From Eledone cirrhosa (taxonomy: Eukaryota): a DNA stretch of 64,000 bases. The stretch lies in NCBI GenBank assembly GCA_964016885.1, contig OZ024741.1:326802001-326866000 (forward strand), read 5' to 3'. The notes under the pieces were generated by a model that was not told where the DNA came from, made no database searches, and was given only the letters and a program-made list of their open reading frames with translations. Positions 30,932 through 44,221 of the stretch are shown piece after piece (the first letter of the stretch is position 1; the number at the start of each line of letters is the position of its first letter). Position numbers and translations under genes: made by a program.

Positions 30932-31297
30932 AAAGAGAGAGAGAGACAAAAGGACATAAATAGATTAATTAAATAAAAATGGCGTAGGCATTACAATACA
31001 ATAGGAGGAAACATAATAATACCAATGATTATGTCACAGATGTGTGACGAAAGAACTTTAATAGACTATATATATATATATATATATATATGTTTAACCG
31101 TTGGTCAATCAATGATAAACATTGATTCCCAAATGAATTAACTATCGGGATATACAGAAGCGAACACCAACCCAAACCAAACAGTGAGTGTGTTCTGTTA
31201 TTATTTCAGGCAATATTATAACAATTTGACCCTCCCAAAGTATAACCATATATATATATATGGCTATATATATATATATATATATAAAGATATATTG

Positions 31298-31330
<33 letters not shown>

Positions 31331-31338
31331 CATATATA

Positions 31339-31389
<51 letters not shown>

Positions 31390-31485
31390 GTATATACTTA
31401 TATATATATATATATATACACACATGCACACACATATATTTATATATATATACACACACATATATATATATATAAAGATATATTG

Positions 31486-31559
<74 letters not shown>

Positions 31560-32173
31560 AGAGAGAGGGGGGCAGAGAGGGAGTGGGAGGAGAGAGATGA
31601 GAGAGAACGGGAGAAAACGAGTAAAACAGAAGAGAAACTAAAAAGTCAAGTGGTAAAGAGTGGTGTAGGAGAGAAAAGAAAATAGAAGAGAATGACGGGA
31701 AGAGTGGAGGTAGGTCGGTGGTGTTGCAATGAAATCAACGACATAAAAGTGTAGCACAAATATTTGACAGAATATTACGATGAAAAATATCTTGTTATTT
31801 AATGTCGTGCTGACTGAAACAATATAATAGGCAACGATAGTGATATTAATATTGTTACTGGCCTCTTTTCAGGAAACTTTCAAGGGTGGAAACGCAAGGT
31901 CGAGGAGCTCTTACAGAGTTAATATTGAGAATAAATAAGAACATATCGCAATATAGGCATCCACCTTGAACAAAAAGCAGTCAGATCAAAAGAGTGGTGC
32001 CGTACGTTTAAGTGAATATAAGTGAAACTAACAATCTTGTATATATGATATATGATACCTGATACATGAGAAAAAGAGATTTTTATATGTAGTAGATCGG
32101 TTGTAACTTCCTTTATACTATGTTTATTAAATTTACCTTCTGACTTCAATCTCATTCTCTCTGGAAAAAACGG

Positions 32174-32225
<52 letters not shown>

Positions 32226-32226
32226 G

Positions 32227-32267
<41 letters not shown>

Positions 32268-32463
32268 TCCTGAGATCGCTTTTCTTCGTCGCTATGGTCA
32301 CTGCGGTCCGTCTATCGGTCGCTGTATTTGATTTGCAAATCTGTCTAAACGTAATGTTATAGCTCTAGGGATTATTCCCTATTGAGTGCTTAGCTGCACA
32401 CCGAAACTGCATTCGTTAGCTTTGCTGCATCCAAAAGCTTCGTTGATGCTGTGCTAATATTTA

Positions 32464-32526
<63 letters not shown>

Positions 32527-32691
32527 TTGTTCCGGGTTGAATCGGAGATAACCACAGTAAGTAAGGTACTCAATACATAGCAGAGTATAAAAGTTTTAAT
32601 ATAGAAGAGCTTCTACAGGACTAGAACTGTTTCATTCGTCAAAAGTGATCAGATGATTTCTCACGAATGAAACAGTTCTAGTTCTGTAGAA

Positions 32692-32746
<55 letters not shown>

Positions 32747-33374
32747 ATATATATATATATATATATATATAAATGTGTGTGTGTATGTGTAATATATAAT
32801 ATATAATATATATAATATAATATAACATTATATAATGCAATATAGTGTGTGCCATTATAAGTTAACTAGTGATGAAAATGACTTCATGTGTGTAGGAAAT
32901 TAGAGTTACCCGGAACGATGCAGTTGTCTTTACGATTCATATCTGCCTGCCGTTTGTCCGAATAGAAGAGAACCATATGCAGAAATTAGGTAATGTTAGT
33001 ATTATTATATATTAATATTTATTACGTAAGTTAGCAGGAATTGTGCTCTCAGCGGGAAATGCTTTCCTGGAAGGGAAAGATCCGTATAGCGAGCTAGTAA
33101 ACCACGCCGATGGACATGGGTGAATGTATCAGTAATCCTTCAATTTCAGTGAGACGTTACGTCACATCAAAGAAGAGATAAGCCAAACCTGACCAATTTC
33201 AGGGAACACGCGCTGGCGTTGAATCAAATTGAAAAAATAACTATGCCAGAAGCACTTTACCAGAATGTGTTCACAGAGAAAACAAAGACAATGTTGAAAA
33301 CAAGAAATATATAACTGAAACTAAAATATAAAAAGTTCAAATTACAATTAAAATATAGTTTATTCCCCTGGGAT

Positions 33375-33451
<77 letters not shown>

Positions 33452-33534
33452 ATGTGTGTATGTGTGGGTGAGAGTGTGTGAGTGTGCGTGTGTGTGTATG
33501 TGCATGTGTGAGTATAGGCGTATACACACACATG

Positions 33535-34000
33535 TACATACTACTGTACGTCTGTATACATATATGTATGTACGTATACATACTTATATTTAAGTAACAG
33601 CCGTACTAAGAGGGAGAAATGATATTTCGTTTCATTTTTTCCATTTATCGATTTCGGTGCGTTCGGCCGATTAACTCACTCGATATGCAAATTAGGTTGC
33701 TCAGCCGTTAAAATCCATAAGGAAAGTATATAGTTTCAGACGTTCAATCATCTGGCAGGAAGGTATACGGTGCTGACGATAGCTAATGAGCTTGAAACTA
33801 GTACATCGTTCCTTTGTCAGGGTTGAACAAAACGGCAACAATGGTTGCTAAACACTGTACAGCTTAATTACAAACAAACCGAGCATTATAATAAATGTTT
33901 GGTAAATCCATAAGTACATATATATATATGTGTGCATGCATGTATATATATACTACTGTACGTCTGTATACATATATGTATGTACGTATACATACTTATA
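33535..34000 (+). mobile_element. Retrozyme-like monomer (412-bp period) with about 50-bp terminal redundancy
   Basis: tactactgtacgtctgtatacatatatgtatgtacgtatacatacttata occurs at 33539 and 33951. Internal HHR. Same family as 51995-52710. Confidence 0.75.
33768..33808 (+). ncRNA. Minimal type I hammerhead ribozyme
   Basis: CGGTG-CTGACGA-tAGCT-aatg-AGCTt-GAAA-CTAG-TA^-CATCG. Helix I extends (agg/cct) past an internal loop. Confidence 0.75.
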
Positions 34001-34239
34001 TATATATATATGCACACAGAAAACGGAAACAGCAGAGCAAACAATACAGTGCAAGGAAGAAATATATTATTTTAATGCTTGATATAGTAGGAAAATAGTC
34101 TTTAGATTTCGTACACGAGTCTTTTAACAGAAGATAGATTGAAAAATAAAAGGCGAAATAGAAAGATAAAGACTGAGAAGCGAAAGGAACGTAAAATCAA
34201 TTACTTTTGAGAAACTGCACATGTATATATCAGCCTGCG

Positions 34240-34323
<84 letters not shown>

Positions 34324-34779
34324 GGGAGAGAGAGAGAGAGTGTGTGAGAGACAGAGAGCGAGAGAGAGAGAGATAGACAGACAGAGATGTAGATATGAGG
34401 ATGTTTCAATGTGCTTGAAGCGCTACAAGTGGACATGTAGATAATGAGGTAACAAATTCTGTTGATATTTAGGTGAGGTCAGTCTGATTGTAGAAGAGGA
34501 AGAATAGACGAATCAGAAATTATATTACCATGATAATATGTATTAGTCTTGATACATTCCAGGTTTACTATACATTATTAAAGGACCCGCTGTGAATCTT
34601 AGAAAGTACCAGAGTGGCGCTTTCTAAGCCTCTCTGTGGTTTGTGTTCGCGTCATGACTGACTGAAATTCGGTATGCGCTTGTCATATGTATGTCAACAG
34701 AGACCAGGCAGGAGCGACTAGGAAATTCGTAAATGTGGCTAGCTGAGATATGGCGTCGTAGAGGCAACAGCCAAGTCGA

Positions 34780-35550
34780 TATCCGTTTGTTCATGACCGT
34801 TCAATGGTTTTACAGTTCAATGTTTTCGTTGCTGTATAGTTCGTTTGTTGGGCTTTATTTATTTATTTAATTTAGGATGGCTAGGTTAAACTAGCCATTG
34901 GTCCTCGTTCCTTTCTCGCCTATTATAAATGGAGGGTTTCTATTGTTTCATCGAAATGGCTTCCTTGATCTGCAAGGTGCCTATGTTGCATTCAGTGACC
35001 AGCGTGTTGACGGGTAGGCTCTTGTTCTTGTAAAGATGTGTTTTCAGCACGTCCCGGATTTGGTGGTTCCGTGTTCTGTTATTTTGATGTGCATGGGAAG
35101 AATTGTGCTTCCGATGTTGCAGCCGTTGCACATGTTGCACGATTGCTGCAGACGCTCAGAGATCACGTGTCCTGGTCATAGTGGGATTGTGTCGTTGAGA
35201 AGCATTTCTGCAAGGAGAGTCTCGAGTAGAACAGCTGGATATCGACCCCCCCCCCCAGCTGGGCCTCTGCATAGTGGTAGTGTATATTTTAGTAGAGCTG
35301 TGGGGTGTTAAGCGTGCAACTAATAATTGCGTGCCTTAGAGATCACATTTTGTTGGTGAAAGTTGTTGGATACGAACGGCCTGGTGTGAGAGACTCTTCT
35401 CAGTACATCTGTATTCTATGCGTGTGACTTCGTTTTTCACGTTTATTATTTTGCCATTGTTTATGAATTCAGATTAGTCATAGACGAATAGGTTTGTACA
35501 GGCCGCGTTGCGGTAAAAGTCGATGTTGATTTCACCTCCTTCCGTGTTTT
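34780..35550 (-). mobile_element. Highly decayed PLE fragment (thumb + GIY-YIG)
   Basis: Manual translation: INIDFYRN..NLFVY..NVKNEVTRIEYRCT, CNMCNGCNIGSTILPMHIKITEH and LQIKEAISMKQ*KPSI. Confidence 0.65.
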
Positions 35551-35920
35551 TCAGTCAGCAGCCGGAAGGGTGAATGCTGAATTAGATACGTTCGTCCGTG
35601 TTTTTGAACGACTCGGATATTCTGTTGAGAATAGTGGCCAAATATCACGTGAAGAAGTCACCGAAATGTCAGGTCTTGATCCATGTATAATTTGGCCAGT
35701 AGACTTGACATGAATAATCTCGAAAATATCGGTAGATTTTGTGAATTCGCGGAGATTCGTATCCACGAAACAATTCGATAATGACCACATGTTCCCTATG
35801 AGAAACTGCCCCAACTGTGGTTCATGCTATATACGTACGTGTATACGTGGTGAACAGACTAGAATGTGACAAACACGTGAATCGAGCCCTGCACAGCAGA
35901 ATAAAAGAACATTATATATA

Positions 35921-36111
35921 GGGCGGGGGATTGGCAGTATCGGTAGAGCGTCGGACGCCATGCTTTGCAGCAAAGAGTTACGGCCCTTTATGGTCTGAGT
36001 TCAAATCCCGCCGAGGTTAACTTTGCCTTTCATCCTTACGGGGTCGATAAAACAAAGTACCAGGAATACACTGGGATAATTGCTGGCCTTGTGCCTAAAG
36101 TAGAAACAATT
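35921..36111 (+). mobile_element. MetaSINE, full length
   Basis: gggcgg..tggcagtatcggtag (A box), gagttcaaatccc (B box), Meta core, tail. Confidence 0.92.
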
Positions 36112-36119
36112 ATATATAT

Positions 36120-36800
36120 ATACGTGGAGAAGTAAAATACAAGAGAAAAGACCATTGAGACATGTTTATTTAAAATAGCACCTACGTACGTTTCGCCCGA
36201 ATGGGCTTCTCAATGGCATAATAAATAAAAAGCGTTCCTTACATGACTCGGGATGGGTTTTTAGAGATAAGTTCACGTCAAAGTTAATTCTTCGTAAAAA
36301 AACATGTTTTGATTTTGCAGTAGGTCAAGGGAGATAACTCTGGCCGGTTTTAGGGCAGTCTTTTCCGGACAAATTTTTTATCCGATACAAGCATGTGGTT
36401 ACTACCTTACCATTGCACTTACGCACAGTGTCAGATATGCAACGTTTGTTTGCTGCGCCTGCCCTCCTGCGTCGATCCATGCCGGGTCTGGGATGCAGGG
36501 TTAGTTTCCGGATGTTTTTAGCAGCGCCTGCCCGCCGGGGTGTTATAGTTTGGTGCAGGGAGACCTGGTTTACGGTTTCACTCCTCGTTCTTATTCCATC
36601 TGAAGTAGGATATTTTTAAGCGGTGTGTACAGCTTATCGTCGTTTCAGCTCTGCTGTTGATGAGCTCGTGGGGTGCCCTTATGATGTGGTAGACCTCCAT
36701 GAGGCAACGCTCGCACTTCCTCTTGAAGTTGTACGGTGCAGCCCTGCCGTCAAATTTCCCAGTGCGTGGAGAAGCTAATGTTTAAGTCTTTTAATGCTGT
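36120..36800 (-). mobile_element. PLE 3' end (GIY-YIG C-terminus, 3' UTR with HHR at 36178-36219)
   Basis: Minus translation LKDLNISFSTHWEI/RAAPYNFKRKCERCLMEVYHIIRA..LINSRAE..SCTHR. HHR: TTGAGAA-GCCC-attc-GGGC-GAAA-CGTACG-TA. Confidence 0.75.
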
Positions 36801-36802
36801 AT

Positions 36803-36842
<40 letters not shown>

Positions 36843-36844
<2 letters not shown>

Positions 36845-37378
36845 ATAAACGTGCTGCGGCGTTGCTAATGGGTTACATATGAATAAAGTTTGTCCTTCAT
36901 CAGTGATCTTCCAACCATCATTGGTATTTCATCGCTTTAAAGACCATATACCTCCGTTTGGTTCGAGCAACGGCTAAAAAAAGTCGTTGGGACACGTAAA
37001 TAAAGGGGACACGAGTGTAAACAACAAAAATGGTGAGCAACGAAAAGTGAGGAAGAAGAAGTCAAGTCCCAAATTTCTATGAATTTAAATTCGGTGAAAT
37101 CGTGAACGAGAGAGAATAAAGACCATCAAACCTGGTTGGAATGTAAGCAAGGAAGGAATTCCGTACAGGTCTAACGGGAGGAAGAAGGGATCTAGTCTGT
37201 GATTTCGGTGAACGTGAGTTCTGTGAAATCGTAGACGAGAGAGAGAGAAAAAATACGACCTGCTAGACCAAGAGTTCGAAAAAAAAGAATTACGCACAGG
37301 TCAAACGGGAAGAAGGAGGAGGAGGAGGAGGAGGAGAGGTAGTAACAGAGAATGAGTGAGTGAAGGGTGAGGAAGAGG

Positions 37379-37380
<2 letters not shown>
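36843..37380. repeat. Dispersed repeat (second copy 54075-54655, with inverted partial copy 54730-54880)
   Basis: Colinear similarity over about 540 bp. Confidence 0.85.
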
Positions 37381-37457
<77 letters not shown>

Positions 37458-37563
37458 GCACATAGATGTAGATTAATGAGCATATTATAAACCAAAAGTG
37501 AGAGGGGGTAGATAGACAGTGAATAAGAAGGAGAGAGCGGAAGGGATGAATACAAATATATAT

Positions 37564-38564
<1,001 letters not shown>

Positions 38565-40233
38565 GGAGAGAGAGAGATAGAGAGAGAGAGATGTGGGGAA
38601 AGCGTGTCTAATTTGTACAGTTTGTCATGAACGATTTCGAAACGAACCAATGGAAATATAAACATTGAAGAGTAAATATGCCCGATGGGGGAAACAGAAA
38701 ACTACGTTCGGTTTAATTTGCACTGGATGTGCGTGTTGTACATTTTAACTATTTTCCTAAATCATATCACGATGTTCAAATTATAAACAAAAGGCATGAG
38801 AAGAAAGAAAAGAAAATGATAGAGAAATAACTCTAATTGAATGCATAATATATCTACAAGATTTAACATGCAAAACTTTGACAATCTAATGTAAATATTA
38901 CTTTTTCATACACGATTATTTTCCCGTTGATTCTACTACTTGCTAAAAATAATAAAAATGACTTTTTTTTTCCATTTCCATTTGTGTAATTTTATTGTAT
39001 TAACAAAATGAAACAATAATAATAATAATATATATATACACAAACCTATAGAACATCAATCATGATGACGACGACTACAACAGTAACATTTATAATTTAT
39101 AATTTATTAAATATTAGCAATTAAAGATATTTAAAATCAATTGACTTAATATTCTCGTTCTACTTTAATATAATAATAATAAAATAATAATGATAATAAT
39201 TGTCTCTACTTTAGGCACAAGGCCAGCAATTTGCTTTGCTATGGAGTGGAAAGTCGATTAAATCGACCCCAGTGGAGGCGGTCCTGTCCCCTCCAAAGAA
39301 ATTGAAGAGGAATCGATGCAATTTGGTAAGGTGCGAACGGGTACAATGGGATATATACAATGGGATATATTCAGCCTGACAGGAAAATCAACAATATTTA
39401 GTCAGGCATAATAATCAATATCAAGATGTTTGCTGCGGTAAGTTAAATACCGAGAAACTTGCTTGAGGGTCGTTTCTTCTCTGAAGACTTTCTGCCGTTC
39501 AGAACTCCCGAGATTTTCCTACGACCTAACTAACTTATATATATGAGTGTTACGAGTATCAAGTGTGTATCTAAAGCTATATTGTCGAAAAAGCGCCTTC
39601 AGATTACTCTGATAATCGCTAGAGATTTTATATTTTCATGAATATTCAACCTTAACGTAAACATTCAAAGTAGCATGGTTACTTTATTTTACACTTTTGG
39701 TAAGATGGTTCTTTCTTCAATCACAAGTCACTATGAGCAGTCAGATTTGTTTATATCTTACTGAGATATCCAAAAGTTCACAGACCAACTATCCTTTTGT
39801 ATTAGAAGTGAGTATCATTTTTTACGTTCATATGCGTATGAGTATATAATAAATATATATATATATATTATGTACGTAATGTGATTTTCGCCGCTGAATA
39901 ATTGAGAAATTGCATATATCTGAATTTACGTGACTTTCAGTAAATCATTATTTCAACAAATTTAAGAACATTTATCTCCAAATTTGAATTGAATTTGTAT
40001 TTAGTATGCATACATAAATGCTAATGTTACAGACTTACGCACACACACTTACTGTAACGCACTCACAATCATATGTATATATATGTATATATATATATAT
40101 ATTTATATAATTGGTGTTGGATGCTTAAAGCGTCCGTATGCGGTAGGCCGTATGAGCACTCAATGCCCGCGTAGAGCAGAGTATGATATCACAGAAAAAA
40201 GTGAATCAGTGTTGCGACGAAAGGAATTTATTG

Positions 40234-40329
40234 GACATATTACAACTGTTTCTTGGGCGACCAGCTCGAGGCACGATCTATATGGTGATCACACCTGACT
40301 CTGAAATCAACACGGTCGTCAGATACGTC
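40234..40329 (-). ncRNA. Type I HHR with extended helix II (GATC-hairpin family, copy A)
   Basis: GACGTAT-CTGACGA-[about 63 nt]-GAAA-CAGTTG-TA^-ATATGTC. Confidence 0.6.
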
Positions 40330-40774
40330 TAGATTATACGAAGCAGATTTTCCTATAGTCCTTTAACATCGAGTTTCTTCGTTAGTTGATTTAGATCCTG
40401 TTGTTGTCATTCTATGAGTGGTCAAGAATTGTACACGTCATCAGTATTTCTAGCCACTCATGGTTGCCCACTTCTTGCTTCCTCTCGTTCTCCACCTATC
40501 AATCAAAATTTCTACATTTATCAGAATTAATACTGTGATGGGAGAGGGGCTGTAATCTTGAACGGCTGGCATCACTTCTTCGTCCTCATTGCCCCTAGGC
40601 GCCTAGTCTACATCGGTTAGGTACACACCCGCAATTATGCTGTATGCGGCATTCATCATAAATAATGTTTTGCAGGAATTAAAAAAAAAATCATGGGGAT
40701 ATTTAGCGTAACATTTGTAGGACACAGCCTTAGAATACACTCCGCCATACGTATTTCAAAAAGAAAAGGAAAAA

Positions 40775-40790
40775 TAAAAATGAAAATAAA

Positions 40791-40821
<31 letters not shown>

Positions 40822-40967
40822 TAAAAATAAAAATAAAAATAAAAATAAAAATAAAAATAAAAATAAAAATAAAAATAAAAATAAAAATAAAAATAAAAAT
40901 AAAAATAAAAATAAAAATAAAAATAAAAATAAAAATAAAAATAAAAATAATAAAAATAAAAATAAAA
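40775..40967. repeat. (AAAATA)n hexamer array
   Basis: About 30 near-perfect units. Confidence 0.95.
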
Positions 40968-41486
40968 AGAGAAATAAAAAGAAAAAGAAAAAGAAAGAAC
41001 ATGTAGCTAGAACGTTTTTTAAAAGACGTTTTAAAAAAAAAGCTTTCACCAGCCTTTGAAACGGAAGGGCTATATGATAGGTGTTTTCAACAAATAGACC
41101 CAATTCTACACTCACACACTGGACTCAGGGGAGCGTGCGTAGCCAAGACGCTGCACACATATATAGGCAGATGGCAAAATAAAAATCCTTGGAAGTCATC
41201 CGTACCCCCCACGCATACATGCTCAGACAAATACATCGAGCCATGAATGCACACACCCGTGCTCATGCATGTCTGTGTGGGCACACATACATACACGCAC
41301 CCGCGTGCTCCCACACCGGATGCATATACTTGATGAGTACGCCCGCATCCGTCCACCCACGCGCCGCTGCGCAGATGGCGCACACAGTATTGTATGAGAC
41401 AACGCATTTAAGGCACAAACACCCAACACATACTCAAAGTTATATATATATATATATATTTACACGGTAGGTATCCACACTAACAC

Positions 41487-41517
<31 letters not shown>

Positions 41518-42332
41518 GTTTATATATATATATATGTATATATATATACGTATATATATATATATATATATATATAAATATATATATGCGTGTGTAATTT
41601 ATACAAGCATATATTTATTTTCTTATTTTCAATTGAGTTCTTAAACACGTTGGATTGATGTTTTCCAAAAAACTAATTAACCCACGTGTATATTATTATT
41701 TTTTTTTCCTCATTTCGTGGATCGTGGGTTGTCTCCCCTTCCCGCTTCGTGTCGCTATGATACTTCCTCGGCCAAAAAACTGCTGGAATTTCAAATTTGG
41801 CGGTCATTCGAGGCGAGAGAGAGTAACTTTACGGACACGATTTTTGACAGCGGTAAGAAATTATTTTCTGATATCAAAGTTTAACGGGCTTCCACTGATG
41901 ATTTATAAGTGCCCACCTAAATATATTCTTACATGAATATATATTAGGCTTCTACATAATCTGGAAAAATTCTCCCAACTTGTAGAAAACTTATAATGAA
42001 ACAATTGTTTGGAAAGAGATATACTTTAACTTTAATTATATCTCATAAAATAATACAACTGTTTTTTCCACATTATACATATTGTTAGCACCCCAAACAC
42101 TTAAATTGGGTTTATATTTAAATATAACCTAATGTTTGTTGAGTGAGATGGTTACCAGTCAGACTTTAGCGTTAAACTATCTCTGTTATTGTATTAAATA
42201 TATATATATATATATATATATATAAACGTTTGTATATGTATAATAAAGCCAAAACAATGCAGGTATGGACATAGAATAAAGAAAGCATGACTTGGCAAGC
42301 TATTTAGAACACTGGTTTGAGAGCTTTACATC

Positions 42333-42367
42333 CCTCTGAAGAAGAGATATTATCTCGAAAATTAAGG
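42333..42367 (+). ncRNA. Ultra-minimal HHR inside an inverted repeat (42224-42286 / 42422-42486)
   Basis: cct-CTGAAGA-a-GAGAT-att-ATCTC-GAAA-AT-TA^-agg. Confidence 0.6.
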
Positions 42368-42537
42368 ACATTTAAATAAATCTAAGGTAAAAGACTAATT
42401 GTCAACAATATCTTTTGCATTTGCATTCTTTATTCTATGTCCATACTTGCATTGTTTTGGCTTTGTTATACATATACAAACGTTTGTACCTCATTACACA
42501 ATGCTTCAAGTGAACTATAACCTCCTCCTATATATAT

Positions 42538-42880
42538 ATATTGTTATACTGTGTCCTACGCCATCTTGTTTTCATGGCGTAGGACAGAACAAAGGAGAGG
42601 CACAAAAAACAAAGAAAAGAACCCCAGTCACTGAAGAGGTCACATAATGTGTGACGAAAGAACTTTGACAATATATAAACAACCATCTGGTTGTGGAACC
42701 AACCAACCAACCCGACATTTATAAATTCCTAAATTTATAAATTTATTATAATAAATTGAAGTGAAAGCAAAGGTACGTGTGTTTCTTATTGGCAACATGA
42801 CCCTCCCAAAGTATAACAATATCGGTTTCAACACACGTTTTCAGATAAAAAATCTTGCTAAACAAATTCAGAAACGAAAT
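42538..42880 (+). mobile_element. Solo pLTR of the 57.9-61 kb PLE family with HHR at 42627-42669
   Basis: Near-identical to 60745-60992. HHR: gtca-CTGAAGA-g-GTCACA-taatg-TGTGAC-GAAA-GAAC-TT-tgac. Confidence 0.88.
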
Positions 42881-43416
42881 ATATATATATATATTTATAT
42901 ATATATAAATTTTGATTATATGTTGGTTGTTTACCGACACCTGAGTATGCAGATTGGAGCACTCAACGAAGTACGCAGGTTGGTTTGTTTACTCCGGAGT
43001 AATGTAAAATAATTAAGTCAAATATTTAAAATTTGGCTTCGTTTATTAAAAATTATAGATGTACTGCTATATATTCGGTGACAGCCGTCATTGGCTGTGA
43101 CGTCTTCAGGCAGTCCGAATTGGTATGGTAGAGACTGGTACACAAGTTAGAGACAGGTACACATGATGTTGAAGTGTGTTTTACTCCGTCAATACTCCGA
43201 TATGTCCAGCTCCTGGTTGGATTGTTATTTGAGGAACTGGAATCATATGGGTTAGAACAAACGAATTTCGGCGACATTGGTCTGTTGTGAGAACATTCCT
43301 CAGTCAAAAGTTTATAGAAATTGTTCTGAGGCATGACAATCTGTTGTGGTTGTTTTTGTTAAGTACAGCTGACCTCCTCCATTGTGTTGGTAGCGGTGTT
43401 AAGGGGTCAGCTGGCA

Positions 43417-43466
<50 letters not shown>

Positions 43467-44074
43467 AACCAACACATACTCAAAGTTATATATATATATA
43501 TATATTTACACGGTGGGTATCCACACTAACACAGTCTACCAAATCTAATTCAATTGGCATTGGTCAACTCGAGGCTATATTAGAAAAGTAGAAGTCAAGA
43601 TGGCAAAAATATTACTGAGGAGAAACCCCAGCTATACCTACTGTAAATGCCATTCTACTTTGCGCGGCTTCATCCATAGCCTAGATATAGTCCTCACGAT
43701 ATTGCGTAGGATAAGAGTATTGAGGAAAAGTTCTTCTTAACGACCTTATTTACCACATAACCTTATGACAAACGATCAAACAAGATTGAGAATATTCTAG
43801 GTGCCACCACCTGCTATAAACGACCGTCAGTGAACCAAACTTCCCTCACATTACACCGTCCACTTCAATTATGTAAGTAAAGGGTAAACCAGCTGACAAG
43901 GCTTAAATAATGTCCATGTCGAGATATAAAACCTTGTTACACATGTTACAACGAGCAATTTTACAATATTTAATGCAAACCCTTTTAACAACAGCCATTC
44001 TTTTTCAGTCCACATCATTTCAAAGGATTACGAAATGAGAGAAATTGATTTTTCTGAACACGTACACAAAAACA

Positions 44075-44115
<41 letters not shown>

Positions 44116-44157
44116 ACACACACATACACACACACACGCACACACACATACACACAT

Positions 44158-44221
<64 letters not shown>

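Noticed and set aside
35921-36010. tRNA-like A/B boxes
   Set aside because: These are SINE heads fused to the Meta core and repeated about 9 times; no cloverleaf tRNA gene
39478-39603. tct-CTGAAGA...GAAA-aagcgcct-TC-aga long HHR candidate
   Set aside because: No helix II closing stem and only a 3-bp helix I; plausible by chance
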